This document shows positions 12,501 through 23,561 of a stretch of 64,000 nt of DNA, one piece after another (the stretch's first letter is position 1; each line of letters starts with the position of its first letter). The stretch comes from Antedon mediterranea (lineage: Eukaryota > Animalia > Echinodermata). The stretch covers positions 4,131,888 to 4,195,887 of the forward strand of contig NC_092676.1 in assembly GCF_964355755.1 (NCBI RefSeq). Reading direction: 5' to 3'. Both the position numbers and the translations under genes were made by a program. The notes below the pieces were generated by a model, which was given only the letters and a program-made list of their open reading frames with translations, ran no database searches and was not told where the DNA came from.

Positions 12501-15500
12501 GTACACTTTAAAGAACTTAGTACATCTTTCGAGACGAGTAGGGGGTCACCCCGGTGTACTAGTTCACACTCAGCCACTGTGAGTAGGCTACCCGGTGTAC
12601 TAGTACATCACAGCCACTGTGAGTAGGCTACTGTGTGCCCTCTTGGAGAACAGTCCTTGATTGAAGAGTTCACACAGTATAAAGAAGAAACAAAAACTGG
12701 TTTTAATAACAAAATGTTAAAAATCAAACAATATATCTGTATACCATATCTATACAACTGTTTATGGTTCTAGATTTGTATTTCCAGTACTTTGTTCTTG
12801 ATGTTTCTATTAAAGAAACTAGACCTGCAATTTTTGACGTTTTCTAAAAATAATATATAACTATTATTTTTAAAAACATTAAACCAGGTCATTTCTTTTC
12901 TTAAATGTGCGTTCTACGGTTAATTGTGATAGAAAGAGAAAAACAATGCACTACCTATAAGTAGCTCGGGTCGTAAGTTCTCTTGTGTAGACGTGTAGGC
13001 CTAGCTTAGTTAGGCTTAGTTTTGTAGGCCTAGCTGGTAAAGAGCGGTAATGTACGAACATTGCTCGCTAGCTATAGGCCTAGCCTGACGTCCAGTTGCT
13101 AAATTAATTGTCTTTCCTTTTTTGGCAGAGAATTCGATAAAATAAATTGGAGAAGACCTGATATTTTTGCTGATAATTTACGGTTCTTTTATTTGGCTAT
13201 TTTTCACGCGATCGGTTGAAGTGGGTACATACATCACAATATGAAAATATCAATCCGTGCGCAATGCATGTTGGGATTTATAACCGGCCGCTAAAATGAT
13301 TAGAATCGACTTATTTTCACATTTTTAACCGTTTAAAGATGAAGAAATATCGCAATAGGTCCATATAATATATGTGTGTAGTGTGTAACCTTAAATTAGG
13401 TCAAAGAGACATAGGGCTAGTGTCTTTAATTACAGTCTGGAGAATCTAATTTTCAAATTTACGTTGTTTTATTTTGATCAAATAAACTACTAGACTTTGT
13501 TTGAAATTTAAAGTTCAGATCTTGATGTGGCTTGCTTTGATTGCTATCACAGCAACGGATGTGTATCATATCGCTAAAAGCAACTATAAATAATTTATGC
13601 AGCTACCAGGAAAGTGTTTGTTAATTCATATTAATCAAAGTACTGCAATGAAGATACTGTTAGGATAATAATTATGAATTATGATATGTTAAGATAAACA
13701 ATGGAATAATTATAATAATTCAAAAGCCTTCGTTCGTTATTGAATAAACTCTGTTGAGAATTAACGATTAAGAAAAGTTTGTCAATACCAATAACAAAAC
13801 TAAATTAAACAATATTTATATTATTAAAATTCTTATTTTTACCCAACCGACTTGTGTAAATGTAAAATGCAATTTAGGCTACAATTTTTTTGTACTGTAT
13901 TTAAAGATGTGTTGTCCCTGAAAAATATGAAAAATAACGATTTAAAATATCAGACTTTTTTTAGGCCATTTTACAAATTACAGTTTTAATGAAGTTATTC
14001 AATTCCATTTAAAACAAAACAAAAACAGACTATATTTTTAAAGATATTATCATTAAAAGGTTTTGTTGAATCAAATCTTCCAAACATTATTAAATCAACT
14101 TTAGAAAGTTTCATTACAAATGATAACGTGTCAGAAATCTTGTAGTTAGTTAGGAATGTAATAACATAATAGAGTAAAAAAAGCCTAAATAATAATCATA
14201 AAGTATAGGTTTAGGCCTAAAAGCTATTTCTACTAGGATGTAACGCAAGAATGTGAGTGAGTTGACCAATCACAAGCGACAGTTAGGATGATCCATCGCG
14301 TCGTGATTGGTCAAATTACATATGTTGTGCTCACGTCCCTGCGTTCCATCCAAGTAGGAACCAAGTGTATGATATTAATATTAATAATAATTCAAAATTA
14401 TTGTTCAATTTTGCATTAAGGGTTTTATTTTAGGATTTTAGCATATCACTTTTAAACCTTTTTGTATTTGCAACAATTTCTATTTTTTCCTTGTGTTTTT
14501 TAACTTCTAGTACATTGTATGGTATATTGTATCAACTGCACATATATTAAATTGTGTGTTTATTTTTGTGCTATAATTATGATTTTTTTTTAATATAATT
14601 TATTTTTCTTTTTTTTTTTAATTTCTTTTCTAATGGTCTTTTAAGAATGTTTATAAGTGTTTAGTTGTCAAATATTTAAATTTCTTTGATGTGACAGGGA
14701 TGGGTGGGTGAAAACATTCTAAAATAGTATTATTTGTGTGCCTCTCTTGTTGAGAAATGGATTCTTTGCAGCTGTGCAAACTACTTTAATTATTACCTCT
14801 AGTGCATGGAAGGAATGGACCTATTCTCATTCCTCAGCAATATCTGCACATATTGTGTATAAATAATAATAATCATTTTTTCAGTTATTGTGTGTGATCA
14901 TATTAATTTTATATCGAATATAATAATTTGTTAAGCCTTGAAAATAATCCTTTTTTTTTACTGTACTTTTAATCTTTCCTTTGTAATATTGAATATAAAT
15001 AAATTGATGTTAATATTAGTTCAAAGATGATTTTAGTGAAATATTCAAGCATATTCAATTGCTTGTTTTTTACATTTTGTAGATGAAAATCCAGTACTGA
15101 ATAAGATAAGGCAATATGATATAATGATAATATTACTAAAAATTATTTTTAAATTAATATTTTAATGTTTACTAAACCATTTAACATCATGTAAAATAAA
15201 ATTACAAGTCATCTACCACAAAAACTACTTTATATTCTACTAGTGCTTCTATTGTTACAATTACTTTCAGTTTGTTTTTTAATCAAAATTAGTTTACTCG
15301 TATTTGGTACGTTCCATTGTTGTTGCAGGGAGGTCAGCCAGCTGATTGGAGATCAGGAGCTTTTTCTGGACAGTTTGTGGCACCTAATCAACAAATGGTA
15401 TGTCTCCTAAATAATTTCTAAATTCACAGTTTTGTAGATATAACAAAATAATAATAATTAATATATATCTTATTTCCTATATTCCTTTTGTTATGTAAAC

Positions 15501-16913
15501 GTATTTGTACAATAAAGTTAAAATGATTCAAAAGCCTCCCTTCGTTTGTTATTGAATAAAGTTTGACAATACCAATCAATTCAACATAACAAAATAGATA
15601 AATTTATACAAATAGTGTTCATGATTTTAAAGTTATGTTGACACAAATATTTGTCCTGCACTGCCCCGCATTGAGTGCATTACAATGATGTGCCATTTTG
15701 TAGAAAGTTGCGGGACATTGCATGAAATACATGCCCAAACATCAATATTTACGCCTGCATTTATATTCCTGAATTGTGCAATAATACGCACCATGGTTGC
15801 AGCCGTGCATGTTATTGTGGGAAATGACACGCATTTCACGACTAGTTCATGACATGTGGTATAATAATTTGTGCATACTTTACGCTGGTTTTTTAGGTAA
15901 TAGGTTGCCCATGACCATGTGACCTATAGGGTACTATTTGTGACAATGTAACATTATATGGCACAACATTGAATGTAAAACAGTGTGGGCGAAAATGTGT
16001 GATAGTGAATCAGGACCTAACTAATCACTATAACAAGTGTTGATTACTTCATTATTTTAGGGAATGAGAACAGGTATGGCATACAATGCAGCAGGAGCAC
16101 AGCAAATACATAGACCACCAACACAGCAAAATACAGATCCATTTGTAAGTACGGAAGTCACCCACAGAGCACTACATAAGTAAGCGCCACAGTCCAGTAA
16201 GCGCCGCAGTCCAGTAAGCTCTGCAGTCCAGAAAGCTCTGCAGTCCAGTAAGCGCTGCAGTCTAGTAAACGCCACAGTCTAGTAAGCGCCGCAGTCTAGT
16301 AAGCGCCACAGTCTAGTAAGCGCCACAGTCCAGTAAGCGGCACAGTCCAGTAAGCGCCTCAGTTCAGTAAGCGCCGCAGTCCAGTAAGCGACGCAGTCCA
16401 GTAAGCACCACAGTTCAGTAATCGCAACAGTCCAGTAAGCGCCACAGTTCAGTAAGCACAACAGTCCAGTAAGCGCCACAGTGCAGTACGCACCACACAA
16501 GTAAGCAGTCATGCCAGTAAGCACCGCAGTCTTGTAAACGCCATAGTCTAGTAAGCGCCGCAGTCCAGTAAGCGCCTCAGTTCAGTAAGCGCCGCAGTTC
16601 AGTAATCGCAACAGTCCAATAAGCGCCACAGTTCAGAAAGCGCAACAGTCCAGTACGCACCACACAAGTAAGCGCCACAGTCCACAAAGTGCCACCGTCC
16701 AGTAAGCTCCTCAGTCTAGTAAACTCCGCAGTCCAGTAAGGCACAACAAATTCAAAGCTTATTAAAATTGACAATTTTATTTTTTCTTAAGCAATTATTT
16801 ACTAATTATTATATGCTGTAGATTTGTATAAAATCTTTGATTCAATTTTGATGAAGTGAGAAATAAATTTATTTCTACTATAATTTTTTTTATATTTGCA
16901 GGGAAGTCTGTGA
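336..16913 (+). CDS. PICALM: 3' portion of a phosphatidylinositol-binding clathrin assembly protein gene (PICALM/AP180/LAP/UNC-11 family), spliced; the ANTH-domain 5' half lies upstream of the window
   Basis: Hand-assembled AG/GT exons with matching phases: 336-545, 1976-2068, 3850-3918, 5135-5297, 7676-7790, (11228-11257), 15329-15397, 16061-16144, 16902-16913. The translation has AP180-type C-terminal motifs: TNPF, NFDQAFG, LLGEVMQP, DIDSTLAHLATNLNM, WTKNPSKNMKTGGANWAPQQTTSTTTW, and terminal DPFGSL*. Confidence 0.88.
562..756. repeat. 33-bp minisatellite (~6 copies)
   Basis: Unit tgtcatgactcctccctcttgtgtttggatgtt; explains ORFs 564-827, 582-770 and 622-834. Confidence 0.9.
1721..1884. mobile_element. 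MITE flanked by TTAA
   Basis: TIRs gctctgtctatactatcaaacta / tagtttgatagtgtaaacacagc; ttaa on both sides; a second copy lies at 7872-8305. Confidence 0.8.
1976..2068 (+). CDS. PICALM: PICALM-like exon (GMLPPTNSPSPSTNSLIDPGLTAYSSRPIQT)
   Basis: ttttcag|...cag|gtaata; 93 nt, phase 1-1, open frame. Confidence 0.75.
2929..3475. repeat. 45-bp minisatellite (~12 copies)
   Basis: Unit tgacagtgtgcgtgacaccctggtaccttggaatttcccctggga; explains the repetitive ORFs at 2908-3572. Confidence 0.95.
3850..3918 (+). CDS. PICALM: PICALM-like exon (GVMQTQVGANFDQAFGTASTKTS)
   Basis: tgttag|...cag|gtaggt; 69 nt, phase 1-1; FDxxFG motif like the PICALM DFESVFG motif. Confidence 0.8.
4580..4995. repeat. Local ~170-200-bp direct repeat (2-3 copies)
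   Basis: tactatg(c/t)atgtgctgccctctctt... recurs at ~4580, ~4749 and ~4947. Confidence 0.7.
5135..5297 (+). CDS. PICALM: PICALM-like exon (GGAELLGEVMQPMNK...KDIDSTLAHLATNLNMKGGTPKK)
   Basis: tttcag|...aa|gtaatt; phase 1-2; matches the conserved AP180/PICALM DLDSSLANLVGNL helix. Confidence 0.88.
5618..6787. repeat. 90-bp minisatellite, ~13 near-identical copies
   Basis: Unit tattataacttctcttccccatcttctcccacaccccctcctcatcctatccaagcaatctcactgtactttgtgtctacaaggacttaa; explains ORF 5869-6690. Confidence 0.97.
7676..7790 (+). CDS. PICALM: PICALM-like exon (ADHQWTKNPSKNMKTGGANWAPQQTTSTTTWPQGQQYM)
   Basis: tttcag|...atg|gtaaga; phase 2-0; matches the conserved W...K.TGG.NW motif. Confidence 0.9.
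7872..8305. mobile_element. Second copy of the 1721-1884 MITE, interrupted by a nested palindromic MITE
   Basis: Same termini and internal aaatatggtagtgat repeats as 1721-1884. Confidence 0.8.
7943..8225. mobile_element. Palindromic MITE with TTAA TSD (Kolobok-like AG termini)
   Basis: ttaa|aggacaactttcccgaggaccatatttt ... aaaatatggtcctcggtaaagttgtcct|ttaa; arms complementary over >100 bp. Confidence 0.85.
9720..10050. repeat. Degenerate (CAT)n microsatellite
   Basis: catcatcatcagtattgtcatcatc...; explains ORF 9728-9943. Confidence 0.9.
10056..10500. mobile_element. Diverged fragment related to the arms of the 19935-22773 foldback element
   Basis: Shares aacaaattgcaacag...tatcatatccaaa...gcataaa.tcaaaatggc.gccattt with 19970 onward. 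Confidence 0.55.
11228..11257 (+). CDS. PICALM: Probable 30-nt (alternative) micro-exon of the PICALM-like gene (EGIQSQPPKL)
   Basis: ttcttaaag|...ctg|gtaagt; phase 0-0, compatible with the flanking exons; GC-richer than its surroundings. Confidence 0.55.
11556..11836. repeat. 30-32-bp minisatellite (~9 copies)
   Basis: Unit gggtaacatactgaactcctatctcata(at). Confidence 0.9.
12440..12690 (+). mobile_element. 5'-truncated SINE, same family as 41698-42034
   Basis: Shares aaac.gtaggtc...cactttaaa.aac.tagtacatctttcgagacgagtaggggg.caccccggtgta...cagccactg with the full copy. Confidence 0.75.
12814..13425. mobile_element. Non-autonomous DNA transposon flanked by TTAA (Kolobok-like)
   Basis: ttaa|agaaactagacct ... 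agggctagtgtct|ttaa, imperfect TIRs; CpG-richer interior. Confidence 0.6.
14222..14367. mobile_element. Small MITE; related copy in opposite orientation at ~18528-18657
   Basis: Internal inverted ttgaccaatcac / gtgattggtcaa; shared sequence with 18528-18657. Confidence 0.55.
15329..15397 (+). CDS. PICALM: PICALM-like exon (GGQPADWRSGAFSGQFVAPNQQM)
   Basis: ttgttgcag|...atg|gtatgt; 69 nt, phase 0-0. Confidence 0.8.
16061..16144 (+). CDS. PICALM: PICALM-like penultimate exon (GMRTGMAYNAAGAQQIHRPPTQQNTDPF)
   Basis: attttag|...ttt|gtaagt; 84 nt, phase 0-0; DPF motif. Confidence 0.85.
16178..16745. repeat. 17-bp minisatellite (~30 copies) in the last PICALM intron
   Basis: Unit agtccagtaagcgccac/gc; explains ORFs 16057-16774. 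Confidence 0.9.
16902..16913 (+). CDS. PICALM: PICALM-like terminal coding exon (GSL*), followed by an AT-rich 3' UTR with AATAAA
   Basis: tatttgcag|gga agt ctg tga gives DPFGSL*, similar to the DPFGAL end of invertebrate AP180/LAP. Confidence 0.8.
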   Translation, partial: GSL

Positions 16914-19900
16914 AGCTAACTGTGATAAATAAAGATATATATATATATATATATACACAAGTTAGCTCTTTTAAGAACTAGACATATTCATCTGAAAAAG
17001 AAGAAAATATAAAGATATTTAATCATTGCGACATTCAAAATATCAGAAATATCATAATTTACAGGATGTAGCAAAATGGTTTTTAGTTAATAATATTTGT
17101 TACCAATGAATTATAAAAATTGTAATTGTCACCCAAAATCATTGTTTTCCTGACACATTTTCAGGGGAGGAAATATATCTTGAAACAACATATATTAAAT
17201 CATTTTATAAAGATAGAGTTACAATTAATTTAATGTGAACAATTAAAATTGTAATTGAGTTGTTTAAATATCTGAGAGAAATCCTCCTTTTGTCGATCAT
17301 GCTAGTAATTCTGTAGAAAGTGAGTTTATATTTTTTATCTGGAGATGTGAATTACATTGTATATTATATAATTTTGTTATATAAAATGTTGGTTTATAGA
17401 TCAACAAATTATTCGTGTGTTTATACTATGATGCTAACACGATACATTGTGAAATGGAAATATGAATACATGTAACAAATATGTATTTCATAATAAATGA
17501 AAGAGTAAAACTAAAACATAAATGCATTTATTTAATTAATTTGTTTTTCATATTAAAATGAAATTAAAATTAAAGAGATACATACATTTGATAAATTTGT
17601 ATTTCATAACAAATGAAATATAGTATAATTACAATATTAAAGGGACAACGTTAGGATCCAAGAAAGTGTCCCTTTAATTTGGGGTGTCCCCTAAATAGGG
17701 GTGTCCCAAAGAAGGGGTTCATACTTTATGTATATACATTAAATCATATAAGGAATAGCCAACGTCTCTCATACAGTTGTTATTTTTTTGTTATGGTCAT
17801 AGTATAAACACATTTTAGGAATTAAATTTTCATTTTTTTTAAAGTAATTCCGAAAATCTTTATTTTATTTATTTCTGATTCTTCATATTTCTTGTTTAAT
17901 TGCTGCCATTGTTTTTAAAACATGAACCAAATACTTTGCCACCTGCAATACTGACCACATGTGCTCAATATGACCCCAAGTGACCCCATATTAATTAGTA
18001 AATTCAGTAACTGATTCATAATTGCAGAATAATTAACAGTTTTTTGTAACGAGCAATAGACGGGTTACAAACAATTATTTGTTTATGAAACTTATATATA
18101 AAGAAAATTATCAATTTTTCCTTTGGTCCTATATTTTTATTTTTGTTATTATATGTTTTTGTTTATTATAATAATATATAATTATAAATGTATAATATTA
18201 CTGTACTAAGACTATAAACATGTTTAGTATAATAGTATTGCATGCTATGTTGAACTCTATCCGTGTTTATATACAAGTATGTGTACCACTTATACAATAG
18301 ACTATATGTTCAAACATTGTTGTTATGCCTTCATTTTTTGTAGACATATGGCTACTGATTTATCTGAATAAGACAATTGAACAGACTAGGTGTTTTTATA
18401 GACCTGGTTCACGCTAGAAATTTGTATGGAGTCATGATTCACACTAGAGAGTTGTTATCGGGAGCTAACTAATCGTGTCAGTCTGTGTAAGAAATTATCG
18501 ATCTTATAGGGCGATCTCAATTTTCATGCTTGGTTCCCACTCGAGGCGCAACACAAGGACGTAACGCAACGTAAGTGATTTGACCAATCACAAGCGATGG
18601 ATTATTCGAACTGTCGATTGGTTAACTCGCTTGCTGTGTGCCTCTAGTGTAAACCAATAGTCGACTAATCAGAATCTGGTTGTTATTATTGGAAACCGAT
18701 TTTGATCAGCCCTAGTATGTATTGCAAATCAGGGTTACCGGTAAAATGACTTCAGTAATTTTATGCGTGTGAAGAGGGGATTTGATTTATGCCTGTGATT
18801 GGTGACCGGGTGTAAACAGAGCCTTGACAGTATGTTTAGCATAATTTACATTAAAGTGCGCAATATGTATTGCGAAAACTGTATAATTCACTCACTCTTT
18901 TCTCAATCAGAGTTAAATACAATCTTACAGATTGACTTGTCATTATATCAGATATCGCCCTGAGACCTAGCAAAGTTATATCGGAGTTATAATCGGATAT
19001 CCCGTAAGTGGTCACCTGCCGTACGCGGCCAGTTTTTCCGGTCCCGAGGGTGGTCGCTTACGGAATGTTCAACTGTATAGGCCTTATATTGTTATTGTCC
19101 AATTTTTTAAACGAATATTACATTTTGTTTGACGAAATTTGGCAATTAAACATTTTAGGTAGGCCTCTTTGGAAGGAAAAAAACGATAATATAATAGTAC
19201 TATATGCACATAATATTAAGGTATCATTGTCTTATGGAGTCATATAAGCAATTATGTCAACAAACAAAAAAAAATTAAATTAAAAAATTAAATTATGCCA
19301 TAATATTGTTATATATAAAAAATTCCATCTACTATAGTATAGCAATTTTCGAAAAATTGACATGCAATAAATGTCGACCCATTTTGACATTGCAGTGACG
19401 TGACATGCGCAGAATCGTATACGATTTCGACCTTTTTCTGTTTTTAGAAAAAGTCTGGAAAGTATGGAAATTACATGCATTTATAGAAATATTAGAGCAT
19501 ATTAAATGAAATTAAAAAACGCAATGTTTTGGGTGATTTTTTTGGTTACTATGACTCTAAGATGATGATAACGCAACATATGCGCATATATAGTAATATT
19601 ATTGCATAATTATTGAATTTTAAAGAGTCGATATTTTGGCTATTTTTTAAAAAATCCCTGTACTATAGTACACGGAAATTTTCGAAAAATGACAAAATTT
19701 CGACGCTTTTATTTGTTGACATACCTACAGTTAGTATGACTCTATAAAGATGATGATAACGCAATATAATATGTGCATATGGCAACATTATTGCATAATA
19801 ATTTAATTTCAAATAATCGATGTTTTGGCCATTTTTGAAAAAAGCCCTGTTTTCGAAAAATTACCAAATTTGGACCCTTTTATTTGTTGACATAACTAGT

Positions 19901-19934
19901 TACTATGACTCTATAAGATGATAACGCAATATTA

Positions 19935-22773
19935 GTCCAGTAAAGATAAGTCAAAAATAGGGTGAACCTAGAACAAATTGCAACAGAATTTGTTTTTGTT
20001 TTGTCTGGTAAATATGGTTCAAATGAATATCATATCCAAAGTTTACCAAAATCGGACATCGGGAAGTGGGTTAATTAGCATAAATTCAAAATGGCCGCCA
20101 TTTGCTATTTTGAAGCCTCATATCTCTCTAACGGTTGGATTTAGACCACCTAAGTGCATTACGAGTAGATATAAATGTGATATTAAACATTCTAATTAGC
20201 ATATTTAAATTTCCATATGACGTACTTATGACGTCATATGGTAGTTGTGACGTCATATATTATGTTATAACTGTTTAAATGACATTATACTATTCGAACA
20301 ATTTAGGGACTGCAAGAAAACATGTTTCTTGACATTCTCCTTGTTAAAATGAACATTATTTCCAAAGTTTACCAAAATCGGACGTCAGGAAGTGGGTTAA
20401 TTAGCATACATTCAAAATGGCCGCTATTTATCATACCATTTTGAAGCTCCATATCTCCTTAACGCTTGGTTTTAGACCACCTAAGTGCATTGAGAGTAGA
20501 TATAAATGTGATATTAAACTTTATAATTAGCATATTTAAATTGCCATATAACGTACCTATGATGTCATAAGACATATGACGTCATGTATTTTGTCACAAT
20601 AATGCTCAATTGGCATTATTCTAAGGGGAAAATATAGAAACCGAAAGGAAAAAATGATTTTAATCTCATGAAAATAGTAGAACATTTACCACATCCAGGT
20701 TAAGATCATGGGTATCAGAAGTTATTCGGCCACCCTTCACAACATGCAATAGAACATTCCAGTTAATTTTCTGCAACTGCAACTTTTTATAACTGCATAT
20801 ATATCTCATATATCTCATATATAATATTTAAAGAAATAGGATTCTTAATTAAGTAATGAGTCTGGGATTTAATAATTCGACCCCATCCTAAATATGGAGT
20901 TGGATCACAGTAAGTTTCCAATCCAAAGTACATACATAGAAAATGTAATGTTGGCGCCGTCAAAATACTTCCACCATACATGTAGGCACAGCAAGTCTAC
21001 TTCATTGGCTTTTCTGATGTCTTTTTAAATTTTGGACCAAACAGTTCTTGCTTAGAATAGAATGCATCCCCCTGTTTCTTTGCAAGTGCAGAGCATTACA
21101 AAGATGTTGCAAATTTGCTCCTTAAGATGTTTTCTTTAAGTACCAATTATTCCACTATTTTTTGCTTCTTCTGTCTTAAAACGCAATCGCTTTTTTTAAT
21201 TATGGCAAAGTAAGATATTTAATAGATCCCCATCTGCATTCAAAGTTTCTATTCCATTTTTCTGACATTTTTTGTCAAGGAAGTTGAATACTGTCTTGTC
21301 GAAAAATAAAATACTGTAATTAGTAGTGGCAAGTTTGAAAATTACTGTATTACCTTAACAACCCCTTTTTGGATTCCGTTGATGTGTATCTTTTAACTGA
21401 TGGTTCTTCATCCTAGTTAACACTAGGATGAAGTGTCCTTGTTATATGCTCATTGAATCTTGGAAACAGCATTCAAAAGATAAACATTATATAAAACATC
21501 ATAAACAGTTGTTGTCTCATAAATGATCGACACCAAACAGATGCAATGAAATAGCAAATTTGAAAGAGCAGAATGGAGATGCTGACTATACAGAAAACTA
21601 CAGTATGACATTTATCATTTTCATTTCAATTGAGATGAGTTTGTGGGAATGATGGGTTTGAATAGCCTGACCCACAATCAATCGCCTCATTACAATATTT
21701 TTTTTATTCCTTTACCAATTTAAAGAGATAAAGTTCTAAAAGATGTAGTTTTAGAAAACACAAAACAAGATGTGCGCTTGAGTACAAATCAGTTTCGGAA
21801 ATACAGTTGATGATCACCTTTCATACGGTTCTGTAGAATATCTATTTTCATAAGATTTTGTAAATGGAAACTTAATGATAAATTTCAATGGTTTTTACAT
21901 ATATATCTACTCGTAATGCACATAGGCTGTCTAAACCCAACCGCTAAGTAGATACAGGGCTTCAAAATGGTATTTTGAATTTATGCTATTATTGACCCTC
22001 TTGAAGTCTGATTTTGGTGAACTTAGGATATCATGTTCATTTCAACAGGAAATTGTTAGAAAATTGTTTTCCTGCAGTTTCTACATTTTTTAGCATGGGA
22101 TAATGCCATTTAAGCAGTTATAACATAATATATGACGTCACAACTACCTTATGACGTCATATTTACGTCATATGGTAATTTAAATGTGCTAATTGGGAAG
22201 TTTAATGTCACATTTATATCTACTCGCAATGCACTTTGGTGGTCTAAAACCACCATTAAGGAGATATAGGGCTTCAAAATGATATAGTAAATAGCGGCCA
22301 TTTTTAATTTATGCTAATTAACACACTTCTTGACGTCCGATTTTGGTCAACTTTGGAAATTATGTTCATTTCAACAAGGAGAATGTTAGGAAACTTGTTT
22401 TTCTGCAGTTTCTAAATTGTTCGCATAGTATAATGTCATTTAAGCATTTATAACATAATTTATGACGTCACAACTACCATATGACGTCATAGGTACGTCC
22501 TATGGAAATTTAAATATGCCAGTTAGAATGTTTAATATCACATTTATATCTACTCGTAATGCATATAGGTGGTCTAAATCCAACCGTTAAGGAGATATGG
22601 GGCTTTAAAATAGCAAATGGCGGCCATTTTGAATTTATGCTAATTAACCCACTTCCCGATGTCCGATTTTGGTAAACTTTGGATATGATGTTCATGTTCA
22701 CCATATCAACCAAATAAAATAAAAAAAAATTCTGTTGCAATTTGTTCTAGGTTCAACCATATTTTTACTGGAC
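19935..22773. mobile_element. Foldback-type non-autonomous DNA transposon with long modular inverted arms, TA-flanked
   Basis: Termini ta|gtccagtaaa ... tttactggac|ta. Arms ~19935-20620 and ~21900-22773 are inverted (ORFs 19978+ and 22510- are near-identical) and built from ~340-bp subrepeats. It interrupts one copy of a local ~185-bp repeat. Confidence 0.85.
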
Positions 22774-23413
22774 TATATATGCATATATGGCAATAGTATG
22801 GCATAATAATTGAATTTTAAATACAGTAGTCGATATTTTGGCCTGTACTAGTACAGGAATTTTTTCAGAAAATGGCAAAATTTCGAACCCTTTTAGTTTT
22901 CGACAAAAGTGTGTATTATGGCTCTATAAGTTGTTGCAAATAAATTTTTTTTTTCTCTCTTTGGTTTGGTGTGTGCCTCTCTTCATATACATATACATAA
23001 GTAAATAAGGGTTAGTACACTACCAGTGTCTAACTAATACTCCTGATATATTCCCATTATATTCATTTTCTCATTTAGAATGTTCAATTCTTGCAAACAT
23101 TCTTAAACAATTACGTTACCTTCAATTATTAGAATATTGTTATGTGTTATGATATGGACTTTGTTCTGAAATAAAAGTGAATTGATTTGAATTGCATTTA
23201 GCCTTTGTTCTAAAAAACCTTAGATAATAATCAATAGTACAATAGTCAATTCACATTCATTACTGTTTATCTTAAATCTATATATGTAATTGCTTATTCG
23301 AACAAAACAATTAAATATTAATATCAACTACTAACCAAAGTCATACACCTGGTGAACTGATTTATCTAAATTATTTAAAACTCTTTTGCAACAATACTAA
23401 AAGAAACAATATT

Positions 23414-23561
23414 ATGTCAAACGTTGAGATGACTTTGGGAGATAAAGTTTACTACGCACATCACGGTACTGAATTGCGTAAGAAGATGTTTGTCTTTAAA
23501 GTGGTAATAATATTGGTGGAGTTATCGTTTTCTAGTTGTGCTGATGTTGGTTCAAATTCTG
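23414..23561 (+). CDS. Probable first coding exon with signal peptide ([25 protein letters not shown]; ATG at 23486 or 23414)
   Basis: Hydrophobic stretch ending in SCA; donor g|gtatga, phase 1, matches the SRCR1 acceptor. The link across the 17.7 kb intron is inferred. Confidence 0.55.

Noticed and set aside
16057-16774. Cys/Trp-rich minus-strand ORFs
   Set aside because: Antisense translation of a 17-bp minisatellite and a PICALM exon.
19978-22740. Pair of duplicated small genes (ORFs 19978+ and 22510-)
   Set aside because: They are the inverted arms of a foldback transposon.
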